In this document: positions 37,498 through 46,357 of the stretch, piece after piece
Layout: each line of letters opens with the position of its first letter
Position numbering within the stretch: position 1 is the stretch's first letter
From: an uncultured Bacteroidota bacterium
Lineage (GTDB): Bacteria; Bacteroidota; Bacteroidia; Chitinophagales; Chitinophagaceae
DNA: 64,000 nucleotides
Assembly (NCBI GenBank): GCA_903905065.1
Contig: CAIVEW010000079.1
Coordinates: 3,622 to 67,621, forward strand
Direction: 5' to 3'
Program-made: the position numbers and the translations under genes
The notes under the pieces: generated by a model
What the model was told of the DNA's origin: nothing
The model's input: the letters and a program-made list of their open reading frames with translations, nothing else
The model's database searches: none

Positions 37498-37968
37498 CTA
37501 TTGATCGATGCCGAGGTAAAAATTGAGATCGATCACCGGGGTAACCTGTTGCGGGAAGTCAACCACGGAATCGTTGACGGTATAGGTAATACTGTTGACA
37601 CAGCTTTGGCAACTGGCCTTGAACCCTCCGTTCTGCTTGCTGTAGTTGCCGTGTGCTATACCGCTGATTTTGAACACTTTCCCGGCGGGATTGATAGTGA
37701 CGATGTAATCGTGGTCGAAATCAAAACCGTATTCGATGTCTCCATGGCCGTTTGCATCGGCGATCTTAACGCCGGGGGTTGAGCCTTCCAATGAGGAAAA
37801 AGCCACTGCGCTTTTGAAATATACATCTACGTTGGCGGTTTGCTCTGTTGCTGTGTCCAGGTTACTGAGGTTGATCCCCTTGATAATGGGGTTCTGGCAG
37901 GTGCACTTGCCACATGAATACAGGAAGACCAGGGAATAGAAGGAAATAAACGCCAGCAAATATTTCAT
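37498..37968 (-). CDS. Hypothetical lipoprotein, paralogous to the 43353-43871 gene
   Basis: The lipobox is MKYLLAFISFYSLVFLYSCG. It shares blocks with the other copy (TC.N..I; A[ND]V..Y; GFD..I.L.PA...F.IS.I; C.NS.T.TV). Confidence 0.6.
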   Translation of the reverse strand: MKYLLAFISFYSLVFLYSCGKCTCQNPIIKGINLSNLDTATEQTANVDVYFKSAVAFSSLEGSTPGVKIADANGHGDIEYGFDFDHDYIVTINPAGKVFKISGIAHGNYSKQNGGFKASCQSCVNSITYTVNDSVVDFPQQVTPVIDLNFYLGIDQ

Positions 37969-38084
37969 AGGGTATTTTTTACTGGTTAAAGATATAGAAT
38001 TTACCTCAACCATACTTAATATCAAAGGGAAGTGCCAGAACCCTGGTACCTCCCTCTGTAACTATATTATTTTGTGGTTGTTAT

Positions 38085-38843
38085 TTAATTTACCTGAACC
38101 ACTTCATAGGCATCCTGCCCATCTTGTGATATAGGTTGGTAATAAGTGTTGTTGTATAGCAGATAACTCTGTCCGTTGATCGATTGTTCAACAGCTCCTT
38201 CGGGTATCTCTGTTACGATTGCGCCTGGAGGAGCCGGAACTACCCGGAAAGAACCACCCTGGCTGATGTAAAAAGTTCCGCCGTAATAATAATAAGTTTC
38301 GTCTCCCAGCGGCACTGTAATATACCCTGTAGGCAGGTACGACACAACCGCACCTATTGGTGGATTTACAACAGTATATCCGGAACCCGTCGGCTGGTAA
38401 TATACGCCTTCGTCATAATAATATTGCTGGTTGCCCCAGTTATACAGTATTGCATCAGCGGTTAGAGCGGCGGCAAAATAACCGAACGGATGCCAGTACG
38501 CACCCCAGAAGTAGGGATGATAGGGATGATAGAAGTAAGGGTGGGCTACATAACCATGATGGTAAACGCCCTCGTTATGAACGAAGCCGCCGCCGCCAAC
38601 ACGCACAGCGCCGCCTTCACGCACTCCTCCACCAGATGGGCGCTCAACACGCACCGCAGGAGCCGGGGCACGATAAGCACGGGGCGCAGCAGGACGGGCA
38701 CCGCCGTTGAAACCACCTCCGCGGCCACCACCGCCACCTCCATGGCCAAAACGCTGGGCAAAACTATCCTGAGGAAAACAGAACAGGGTAATGCAAATAA
38801 TACTGATCAGGCTTGCGAATTTCATTTTATTGAACGTTTTCAT
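38085..38843 (-). CDS. Secreted Gly/His/Tyr-rich protein with a duplicated C-terminal module (hypothetical)
   Basis: It has a signal peptide followed by GHGGGGGGRGGGFNGG and YHHGYVAHPYFYHPYHPYFWGAYWHP. Two copies of P.GA.V..[LI]P.G......G..Y..Y..T[FY]Y follow. Confidence 0.7.
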   Translation of the reverse strand: MKTFNKMKFASLISIICITLFCFPQDSFAQRFGHGGGGGGRGGGFNGGARPAAPRAYRAPAPAVRVERPSGGGVREGGAVRVGGGGFVHNEGVYHHGYVAHPYFYHPYHPYFWGAYWHPFGYFAAALTADAILYNWGNQQYYYDEGVYYQPTGSGYTVVNPPIGAVVSYLPTGYITVPLGDETYYYYGGTFYISQGGSFRVVPAPPGAIVTEIPEGAVEQSINGQSYLLYNNTYYQPISQDGQDAYEVVQVN

Positions 38844-38868
38844 GACTTATAATGATTTGAAGTGGAAA

Positions 38869-39609
38869 TTATTTCTTTACAGATAGTGGCGTCAGTTTTA
38901 TTTTCTTAGCACCCGGCGGTACCTTGAAATCAAATATTGCCGCAGGAAGGTTTGGATTGACCTGCCAATCTGAATAGGAAGCCTCAAACTGCGGGTTCAT
39001 GGGTTTGTCTGTATACACAATCACCATTTTTACCGGCAGATAAAACGGGTCATCATTAATCCAAAACTGGAAAGTCTTATCCTTTGTAACCCCGGCAATA
39101 TGGTAGCAGTCTTTCCCGTCTACTTTTGTCATTCCTAACAGTACAAGCTGTGTGGATTCAGCTAGGATATCATCCACAAAACCGGGATACAGAAAATCAG
39201 CAACCGGGAAAACGATACCATACGTTTTGTTCATATGGTCTATCATTTCCATTACTGTGGACGGTACCGGGACCTGCGAATAATGATTTTTGTCGACGGA
39301 GTAGTAACTCAGCATTTTGCCGTCATAATGTATATATCTGTTCCCTTTGTCACCCTCAGAACGTATGAGCAATTTACCCGGGCCGCCAATATAGACATTT
39401 TCCTCGTCGGAGTGCTTCACAAGCCCCAGGGCCTGGTTGCTGACATCATAGTTCGATCTTACATGAACACTGCAAGAAACTAATTCGCCGATCGTTGCGC
39501 TCATGCGATCCAGCACAGAAACGGCTACCGTGTCAATCTTTGATGATTGGGCAAATGCTTTACCGGTAGCAAGGCAAACGAGCACAATAAAGAGAAACCT
39601 GATTTTCAT
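38869..39609 (-). CDS. DUF2092 (LolA-like fold) periplasmic protein
   Basis: The signal peptide is MKIRFLFIVLVCLATGKAFAQ. Motifs include ...VLDRMSATIGEL..., ...YIHYDGKMLSYYSVDKNHYSQVPVPSTV... and ...GIVFPVADFLYP. Confidence 0.7.
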   Translation of the reverse strand: MKIRFLFIVLVCLATGKAFAQSSKIDTVAVSVLDRMSATIGELVSCSVHVRSNYDVSNQALGLVKHSDEENVYIGGPGKLLIRSEGDKGNRYIHYDGKMLSYYSVDKNHYSQVPVPSTVMEMIDHMNKTYGIVFPVADFLYPGFVDDILAESTQLVLLGMTKVDGKDCYHIAGVTKDKTFQFWINDDPFYLPVKMVIVYTDKPMNPQFEASYSDWQVNPNLPAAIFDFKVPPGAKKIKLTPLSVKK

Positions 39610-39761
39610 GATAATTTTTTTTGAACATTTAAAAGTAAACATTGGACTGGAAATATTCTGCGAGGCTTAAAACAGAAAGTTAAAAAAATACAAAAATCGT
39701 ACCGTCGGGCAAATAGCAGTTTGTCGGTGATTAATGTGGATATTTGCATCCCACACTGGTC

Positions 39762-40346
39762 ATGGACAACAACATTCATGCTTACATCAAAAGAGTATCG
39801 GAAAGGATTCCGGACGAGGATTTGCCCCTGTTGGCAAGCTGGGCGGAAAGTCGCGACATTAAGAAAGGGGCCGTTTTGCTTAAGGAAGGCGATGTATGCC
39901 GGGAGTTCTACCTGGTAGAGAAAGGATATTTGCGGACATGGTACAATAAAGATGGAGTTGCCATTAATCTGAATTTCACTTTTGAAGGCGAGTTTACGAC
40001 CAATTTAAAAAGCCTGAATGGCCGGTTGCCTTCGGAGCTGATCATTGAAGCCGGGGAGGATACCCGTCTGTGGGTGTTTAACCTCGATGTGCGGAGGGGA
40101 AGATTTGAGTCCGATTCGCAGATAGTGCTTTTTGTGCGGCGCCTGGCTATACATGTTATGCTGGTTGCCGAGGAACACAGCAATTTATTTAAGCTATACA
40201 CACCTGCAGAGCGTTACGACCACATTGAACGAAATAACCCAAAGCTGCTGCAGCGAGTTTCTCTTTCGCAACTGGCCACTTACCTGGGTGTAACGCGTGA
40301 AACTCTTAGTCGCATACGCGCAAAAAAGTCCGGTCAAAGATTGTGA
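39762..40346 (+). CDS. Crp/Fnr family transcriptional regulator
   Basis: It has a cNMP-binding domain (LLKEGDVCREFYLVEKGYLRTW) and a C-terminal HTH (SLSQLATYLGVTRETLSRIR). Confidence 0.85.
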   Translation: MDNNIHAYIKRVSERIPDEDLPLLASWAESRDIKKGAVLLKEGDVCREFYLVEKGYLRTWYNKDGVAINLNFTFEGEFTTNLKSLNGRLPSELIIEAGEDTRLWVFNLDVRRGRFESDSQIVLFVRRLAIHVMLVAEEHSNLFKLYTPAERYDHIERNNPKLLQRVSLSQLATYLGVTRETLSRIRAKKSGQRL

Positions 40347-40418
40347 CAATTGTCTCAGGTTCGTGCAGCATATTTATCTCACCTTTGTATTGTTAAGTTA
40401 GCTCTAAAATCTAAGATC

Positions 40419-40730
40419 ATGAAATGGTATCATTACATAGCCTGCTTTTTCGCGGGGCTGTTTATCGCTAACACGGTGCCGCACCTGATCCACGGTGTTT
40501 CGGGCGATGTTTTCCCAACGCCGTTCGCCACTCCTCCTGGGAAAGGCCCTTCATCTGCGACGGTCAATGTTTTCTGGGCATTGTTCAACCTGCTGATCGG
40601 CTATATGCTGATGCGTGTGGGGAAAGTTTCTAACCATAGAGTGATGTCGCTCGTTGTTTTCTTCCTGGGTATTGTGGTCATGTGCTGGATGCTCAGCGTG
40701 GTATTCGTTGATAAGCAAATGCAATTTTAG
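40419..40730 (+). CDS. Small membrane protein (hypothetical)
   Basis: The protein is 103 aa with three TM helices. It starts at MKWYHYIACFFAGLFIANTVPHL. Confidence 0.55.
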   Translation: MKWYHYIACFFAGLFIANTVPHLIHGVSGDVFPTPFATPPGKGPSSATVNVFWALFNLLIGYMLMRVGKVSNHRVMSLVVFFLGIVVMCWMLSVVFVDKQMQF

Positions 40731-40766
40731 TGCAAGGATTTTGAGGGAGGAATTGCTTTTATATCA

Positions 40767-42032
40767 ATGAGTATAACAACTTTTAACGCATTCAGGAACC
40801 GGAACTACCGGCTGTTTTTTGCTGGCCAATCCATATCGCAAATTGGTACCTGGATGCAGCGCACTGCTGTGAGTTGGGTTGTTTATACCATTACCCACTC
40901 GCCGTTGATGCTGGGTATTACGGTATTTGCTGCGCAGTTTCCATCGTTTCTTTTTTCGTTACTCGGAGGTATAGCATCAGACCGGTACAACCGATACAAA
41001 GTATTGCTCTTTACCCAGGTGGCGTCGATGATACAAGCTGTGCTGATGGCAGTGCTCATTTTTACGAATCATTATGTAGTATGGGAGATACTTGCCCTAA
41101 GCGTTATATTGGGCGTCATCAACGCCTTTGATGTGCCTGCCAGGCAACCAATGGTGCACGAAATGATAACCAACAAGGAGGATCTGCCCAATGCGCTCGC
41201 GCTGAACTCGTCGATGGTAAATATTGCCAGGTTGGTAGGTCCGGCGTTTTCGGGAATTGTGCTGGTGAAGTTTGGAGCAGCAATGTGTTTCAGTATAAAT
41301 GCGTTAAGCTTTGTAGCGGTGATCACCTCCTTGTTGTTGATGAAACTACCACCATATGTTCCTGCTACCGCAAAAAAGAAAGTGGCCTTAGAGCTTGCCG
41401 AAGGATTCGTATACCTGAAGAGCACTCCGGCGATAAGTATTATCATGCTTATGCTGGCACTGACCGCATTACTGGTGTTGCCTTACAATACGCTTTTGCC
41501 GGTATTTGCCAAGGTGATCTTCAAAGGAGATGCGGCAACGTATGGCTATATCAACAGTTTCATTGGACTTGGGGCTGTATGCGGTTCCATTTTCCTTGCT
41601 TCACTAAAGCCGGGCACCGACCTCAAAATAGTGTTGTTAAGTAATACAATTATTTTTGGGGCATTCCTGATATTATTCTCTCATCTGAGCTATTTTCCTT
41701 TAGCCATGCTGGTGGCTGTCTTAACCGGTTTTGGAATGATGTCTCAAACGACCATTATTATGACCATAATACAAGTGAATTCAGATAAAAAAATGAGGGG
41801 TAGGGTAATGAGTTATGTGGCAATGGCATATTTTGGTATGTTGCCGCTCGGTAGCTTGCTGATCGGTGCAGTGTCGCAGTGGATAGGCGCTCCTAACGCC
41901 ATACTCTGCCAGGGTATAGTAGCGTTGGTCATTGCAGCGGTATTCTCTAAGTACCTGAGGAAAGACAAAATGGATAAAAAGAATATGGCGGAAATCGAGG
42001 AGAGTGAAGAAGCTGTACTGGAAAAAAATTAA
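40767..42032 (+). CDS. MFS transporter (EntS/MFS_3-like)
   Basis: The protein is 421 aa with 12 TM segments. The N-terminus (FRNRNYRLFFAGQSISQIGTWMQ) and the GGIASDRYNR loop fit the family. Confidence 0.85.
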   Translation: MSITTFNAFRNRNYRLFFAGQSISQIGTWMQRTAVSWVVYTITHSPLMLGITVFAAQFPSFLFSLLGGIASDRYNRYKVLLFTQVASMIQAVLMAVLIFTNHYVVWEILALSVILGVINAFDVPARQPMVHEMITNKEDLPNALALNSSMVNIARLVGPAFSGIVLVKFGAAMCFSINALSFVAVITSLLLMKLPPYVPATAKKKVALELAEGFVYLKSTPAISIIMLMLALTALLVLPYNTLLPVFAKVIFKGDAATYGYINSFIGLGAVCGSIFLASLKPGTDLKIVLLSNTIIFGAFLILFSHLSYFPLAMLVAVLTGFGMMSQTTIIMTIIQVNSDKKMRGRVMSYVAMAYFGMLPLGSLLIGAVSQWIGAPNAILCQGIVALVIAAVFSKYLRKDKMDKKNMAEIEESEEAVLEKN

Positions 42033-42057
42033 TCAACTTTTTAATAAAAGGAACAAA

Positions 42058-42618
42058 ATGGGACAAGGCACACAAAACACAGCGCTGCTTGTAATGGACA
42101 TGCAAGTGGGGATAGTCGGCACGCTTCCGAATGCAGCCGCAGTTATTAGCAGCGTAGGCAAGGCGATAGCGCACGCACGCGAAAAGAAAATACCTATTAT
42201 CTACGTGGTAGTAGGGTTTCGGCAGGGTGCGCCGGAAATAAGTGCGAACAACAAAGGCTTTACTGCCAGCAAAGAGCGGTTTGCCGGTGTGGATATGAAT
42301 GCTTTTATGACCGTGCATGCAGACGTTGCACCGCAGGAGGGCGAGATCACTGTGACCAAGCGCCGGGTGAGCGCATTTGCCGGTAGCGACCTTGAAGTGG
42401 TATTGCGTTCATCGGGTATTCAGCATATGGTGCTCTGCGGCATATCCACCAGCGGGGTAGTACTATCCACCACGCGCGAGGCTGCAGACAAGGATTATAA
42501 GATAACGATCCTTGCTGATTGCTGTGCCGATGGAGATGAGGAGGTACACAGGGTGCTTACCACCAAAGTGTTCCCGCGCCAGGCAGACGTGAAGACAGTG
42601 GATGAGTGGAGCGCTTAA
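42058..42618 (+). CDS. Isochorismatase-family hydrolase
   Basis: Motifs are TALLVMDMQ, ...IIYVVVGFR... and ...LCGISTSGVVLSTTREAADKDY. The position usually held by the catalytic Cys appears to be Gly. Confidence 0.75.
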   Translation: MGQGTQNTALLVMDMQVGIVGTLPNAAAVISSVGKAIAHAREKKIPIIYVVVGFRQGAPEISANNKGFTASKERFAGVDMNAFMTVHADVAPQEGEITVTKRRVSAFAGSDLEVVLRSSGIQHMVLCGISTSGVVLSTTREAADKDYKITILADCCADGDEEVHRVLTTKVFPRQADVKTVDEWSA

Positions 42619-42635
42619 TAATCCAGAATAAAAAG

Positions 42636-42669
42636 ATCATAGAGCGTCGCGAAAGCGAGGCTTTATGAT
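42636..42669. terminator. Long imperfect hairpin between convergent genes
   Basis: ATCATAGAGCGTCGC-GAAA-GCGAGGCTTTATGAT forms a 15-bp stem with one mismatch and one G-U pair. Confidence 0.55.
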
Positions 42670-42700
42670 CGTGCGGCTCAGAACCTATGGGAGATACGTT

Positions 42701-42976
42701 TCAGCGGTTAATCGGAGAATCCGGTGCACCTTCATCTGTTGGGTCGGGTTGCTCGTTTTCGCCCATGCTATGTTTGCTATGGCCATGATTGCCGTCTGGA
42801 GATGATAAGGATGGCGGCGTAAGGGTCTTTTTTTCAAAAGGTTTAGATAATGGTGATCCTTTGTCATTTCCTTTTTTCAGATCCTCGTCTTTATCCATCC
42901 TGCCTTCTTCGCGGGCATCCCCAGCAGAAACGTCATTCCCGGTTGGTATTGGTTTGTTTTCTTTCATGAATATCAT
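42701..42976 (-). CDS. Possible small disordered acidic/basic protein (hypothetical)
   Basis: The ORF is 91 aa and low complexity (DKDEDLKKGNDKG...). It is supported only by ORF length. Confidence 0.3.
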   Translation of the reverse strand: MIFMKENKPIPTGNDVSAGDAREEGRMDKDEDLKKGNDKGSPLSKPFEKKTLTPPSLSSPDGNHGHSKHSMGENEQPDPTDEGAPDSPINR

Positions 42977-43084
42977 TTTTACACTTTCATTTTATACAAG
43001 AACTGAGCCACGCGGAGATGCAAACTAAAGTAAAGGTGTTGCTCTCAACGCCAGGCATGCAAAAAAAGAAAAGTCATTCGGACG

Positions 43085-43198
43085 TTAGAATGAATGCACG
43101 TGCTTAATATACAGCACTATGCCCGCAACGATCACCACGGTAACGATCAACAAGATCGTGATAAAAAGATAACCTACGCCAGGTTCTTCGGAATCCAT
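43085..43198 (-). CDS. Possible 37-aa single-TM micro-protein
   Basis: My own translation is MDSEEPGVGYLFITILLIVTVVIVAGIVLYIKHVHSF*. It is below the ORF-track cutoff and has a clean hydrophobic helix. Confidence 0.3.
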   Translation of the reverse strand: MDSEEPGVGYLFITILLIVTVVIVAGIVLYIKHVHSF

Positions 43199-43352
43199 AT
43201 TGCTCAGCTTTTAAGAAAGAAATTACACAAAGATAGATACCTTTTTTGCAAAAGATGGTGATGCTGGTCAGTGATAAAAGTGGCCAGTGATAGAAGGGGG
43301 GCATCGCTTCATCGTCGATATACACTGGTTGACGCTTCAGAAAACCCGCAAT

Positions 43353-43871
43353 TTATTTGACGATGTTAACGGAAATCGCGGGCTTGTCTGCCAGGCCCGT
43401 AAATACATTTCCGTCTACGGTCACAGAGGTCACACTGTTGTAGCAGACGATAAGCTTGTCGCCGCCAATAAAACCAGATGTATAGGATTCGTGTGTTTTA
43501 CCGCTTTGAACTATGTTGGAGATTGTGAACGACCTTGCAATCGCCGGCAATACTATTCTATAGTCAAATCCAGGTACAATAAAAACGGGGTGTGTACTAT
43601 CGGAAGTGGAAAGAGCATAGATACTACCGGTATCCGCACTTGAGGGATAAATTGAGTAATGAACGTTCGTTGTGCTGTCAACCGGTGCGCTGAAAGAACT
43701 GCCTTGGGTATATTTGATCACATTGGCAGAATCGAAATCAGTTTCGCTGAATCCTACAGGGTTGACCTGGATAGTGCCGTTGGTACAAGTGACGTTTTTT
43801 GGTCGGCAGGAGGGCAGGAACGCTGCGCAAAGTAACAGGAGCATGCTGGCACGAAAAAGTGAGTTTTGCAT
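43353..43871 (-). CDS. Hypothetical lipoprotein, paralogous to the 37498-37968 gene
   Basis: The lipobox is MQNSLFRASMLLLLCAAFLPSC. It shares blocks with the other copy (see the 37498 feature). Confidence 0.6.
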   Translation of the reverse strand: MQNSLFRASMLLLLCAAFLPSCRPKNVTCTNGTIQVNPVGFSETDFDSANVIKYTQGSSFSAPVDSTTNVHYSIYPSSADTGSIYALSTSDSTHPVFIVPGFDYRIVLPAIARSFTISNIVQSGKTHESYTSGFIGGDKLIVCYNSVTSVTVDGNVFTGLADKPAISVNIVK

Positions 43872-43985
43872 CGGGATTGTTTTTAGCCAGAGCAAGCTAC
43901 GTAAACAAAAACCAATAAAAAAAAGGGCAACGGCCCTTTTTTTTATCGTGCAGATGTCTTTTTAAATGTGCAGGATCCCGCTTAT

Positions 43986-44540
43986 TTATGCGTTTACCTT
44001 CTGTGCTTTTTTCACTAATGCTTGCTGAACAAGGAAATAGCCGCCAAACAACAGTATACCGCCAACCATATCACCCATCATTGTGTACTTAAAGAAAGGT
44101 ACAGCGTCTACATATGTTTTGATAAAGCCTCCGAAAGTGAACCCGTTCCATCCGCTGAGGAAGTAACCGAAGTTGGAAACCAGGAAGAATAGCGTAGAAC
44201 CAGCGAACAGGAACGCTACGGTGGTTAGTGGTTTAGGCTGCTTAATAAGTAAGCCAAGAGCAGTAACACTCACCAATGCGCCGTAGTTGAGCCATTGGCC
44301 GGGATAGAAGCCGGGTGTATTCGTAAAAAATTGGAAATAAACATCGGCAAGGAACTGGCCCAGCAACGGAGTAAGAAATGCAAGACTGCGCTTGTCTTTA
44401 ATAACAGCACCGCTGAAAAGACTTATCGCTGCGATAGGCACGAAATTGGCCACATGAAGCTGAGCATTAAAAATACGTGCGGCCACAGCCATAACTATGA
44501 GGAAGATCGCGAGTAAAATACTTATGTTGTTACGTTTCAT
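43986..44540 (-). CDS. Polytopic membrane protein, possibly a DUF6580-type (ECF-S-like) putative transporter
   Basis: It starts MKRNNISILLAIFLIVMAVAARIFN...NFVPIAAISLFSGAVIKDKRSLAFLTPLLGQFLADV and has 5-6 TM segments. The alternative upstream start at 44603 seems less likely. The family name is from memory only. Confidence 0.6.
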   Translation of the reverse strand: MKRNNISILLAIFLIVMAVAARIFNAQLHVANFVPIAAISLFSGAVIKDKRSLAFLTPLLGQFLADVYFQFFTNTPGFYPGQWLNYGALVSVTALGLLIKQPKPLTTVAFLFAGSTLFFLVSNFGYFLSGWNGFTFGGFIKTYVDAVPFFKYTMMGDMVGGILLFGGYFLVQQALVKKAQKVNA

Positions 44541-44659
44541 TGCTTGAGTTGTAACGGCAAAAATAGCGAACAATAGTATAAAAGACAAACTTCGGGGTTT
44601 CAATTCGCCACAGGTTTTCTAATTTGTAGTTGAAAAAGATGATTTCTATATTTGGCTAA

Positions 44660-45550
44660 TTGGACAATAACCAGATTTTTAAAAAGACGCGAATAGCACC
44701 AACACCAAGTGGCTTCCTGCACCTTGGCAATGTGCTGTCGTTTGTTATTACCGCCGGCCTGGCAAAGAAAACGGGCGCAAAAATATTTCTTAGAATTGAT
44801 GATGCGGACCGCGAGCGCACCAATAAGCTGTATGTCCAGGATATTTTTGATACACTCGATTTCCTGGGGATACCCTGGCATGAAGGCCCCAGGAACCTGC
44901 ACGAATACGAGCATGAATATTCGCAGGTGCACCGTATCGGGTTGTATAAACAAGTCCTACAGCAATTGAGGGACGATGGGGCACTGTTTGCCTGCCGCTG
45001 CACGCGCACCCAGGTAGTGGTGCAGCGGGACAGCAGTGTATATCCCGGCACCTGCAGGAATTTAAACATCCCACTTGATGCAGAAAGTGTAAGCTGGCGG
45101 CTCAGGACAAAGAAAGACCAGGTGCTGGAGGTGAAAACATGGCCGGGAACTGTCGTCGAGGCAACTTTACCACCTACAATGTCGGAGTTTATAGTCAGGA
45201 AGAAGGACGGGTTTCCGGCATACCAGCTTACCTCGGTGGTCGATGATATGTATTTCGGCGTCGACTTGATCGTAAGGGGCAGCGACCTGTGGAACTCGAC
45301 GCTGGCGCAGCTCTACCTTGCTTCGCTCATCAAAGGGCAGTCTTTTTCAGGTACGACGTTCTATCACCACCCGTTGCTCAATGGAACAGATGGGAACAAG
45401 CTATCAAAGTCGGCGGGCGATACTTCAGTACATTACCTACGCAAGGAGGGGAAACAGCCGGGTGATGTATATACATCGATAGCAGGTATGCTGAATATAG
45501 CGGAACCGGTGGAAACATGGGAGCAACTATTTGCACTGATGGTACTATAA
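44660..45550 (+). CDS. gluQ: tRNA glutamyl-Q(34) synthetase (GluQRS)
   Basis: It is a truncated GluRS-like catalytic domain. The HIGH-like motif is APTPSGFLHLGN, the Zn cluster is FACRCTR...YPGTCR, and a KLSKSAGD motif is present. The length of ~296 aa fits. Confidence 0.82.
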   Translation: MDNNQIFKKTRIAPTPSGFLHLGNVLSFVITAGLAKKTGAKIFLRIDDADRERTNKLYVQDIFDTLDFLGIPWHEGPRNLHEYEHEYSQVHRIGLYKQVLQQLRDDGALFACRCTRTQVVVQRDSSVYPGTCRNLNIPLDAESVSWRLRTKKDQVLEVKTWPGTVVEATLPPTMSEFIVRKKDGFPAYQLTSVVDDMYFGVDLIVRGSDLWNSTLAQLYLASLIKGQSFSGTTFYHHPLLNGTDGNKLSKSAGDTSVHYLRKEGKQPGDVYTSIAGMLNIAEPVETWEQLFALMVL

Positions 45551-45622
45551 GAAACCTTTATTGAACGCGAATACGTGCAACGACGCTAATACACGACATT
45601 TGCCACTCCAACAACAAAGCAA

Positions 45623-46357
45623 ATGAATATAACAGGTAATAAAATTCTGATCACCGGCGGCGCGACCGGCATTGGCCTTGGTCTCACGGAAAGATTTATA
45701 CAGGAAGGGAATACCGTAATTATTTGCGGCAGGCGTGAATCGGTATTAAAAGAAGTAACGGATAAATATCCGTCTGTTATCAGCAAGGTCTGCGATCTTT
45801 CGGTTGAAGCTGATCGTTTGGCGCTGTATGACTGGGTTGCCGATAACCATAGCGACCTAAATGTGTTGGTAAACAATGCAGGGATCCAGCAGTGGATGGC
45901 AATTACAGATCCGGATTTTTTTGAGCGGGCTCAGGTGGAGATAACCACTAATGTTATCGCTCCCATTCATTTAACGTCTTTGTTCATCAACTTGAAGTCG
46001 TTGACGACAGTGATCAATGTGACATCTGGCCTGTCTTTTGTCCCGCTTACCAAAGCTCCCGTTTACTCTGGTACAAAGGCGTTTTTCCATTCGTTTACCC
46101 TGTCACTACAGTATTTGCTGAAGTCGAATAATATAGAGGTGATCGAAATGATCCCTCCGGCATTGAATACCGACCTCGGCGGAAAAGGGCTGCACGATTC
46201 GGCTCCTCCTGTAAGTGCATTCATAGAAGCGGTCTTTCAACAAATGAAAGAAGGGAAAACCGAGCTGACCTTTGGATTTAGTGAGATGATGGCCAAAGCC
46301 AGTCAGGAAGATCTGAAGCAAGCGTTCAACAGGTTAAATCCGGTGCAGGTTCCTTAA
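45623..46357 (+). CDS. SDR family oxidoreductase
   Basis: It has the motif ILITGGATGIGLGL, NNAG, and the catalytic YSGTKAF. Confidence 0.88.
   Translation: MNITGNKILITGGATGIGLGLTERFIQEGNTVIICGRRESVLKEVTDKYPSVISKVCDLSVEADRLALYDWVADNHSDLNVLVNNAGIQQWMAITDPDFFERAQVEITTNVIAPIHLTSLFINLKSLTTVINVTSGLSFVPLTKAPVYSGTKAFFHSFTLSLQYLLKSNNIEVIEMIPPALNTDLGGKGLHDSAPPVSAFIEAVFQQMKEGKTELTFGFSEMMAKASQEDLKQAFNRLNPVQVP

Noticed and set aside
38184-38852. Plus-strand ORFs antisense to the Gly/His/Tyr-rich gene, plus an in-frame-shifted minus-strand ORF at 38546-38761.
   Set aside because: Low-complexity GGN/CCN repeats keep several frames open. Only the 38085-38843 minus-strand frame has a signal peptide and a recognisable duplicated module.
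43104-43643. ORFs 43104-43325 (minus) and 43287-43643 (plus).
   Set aside because: The first overlaps a more convincing 37-aa TM micro-ORF in another frame and has odd composition. The second is antisense to the lipoprotein gene at 43353-43871.
44600-45074. Three minus-strand ORFs (94-137 aa) overlapping the 5' half of gluQ.
   Set aside because: The plus-strand frame shows clear GluQRS motifs (HIGH-like, Zn cluster, KLSKS). The antisense frames have no features.
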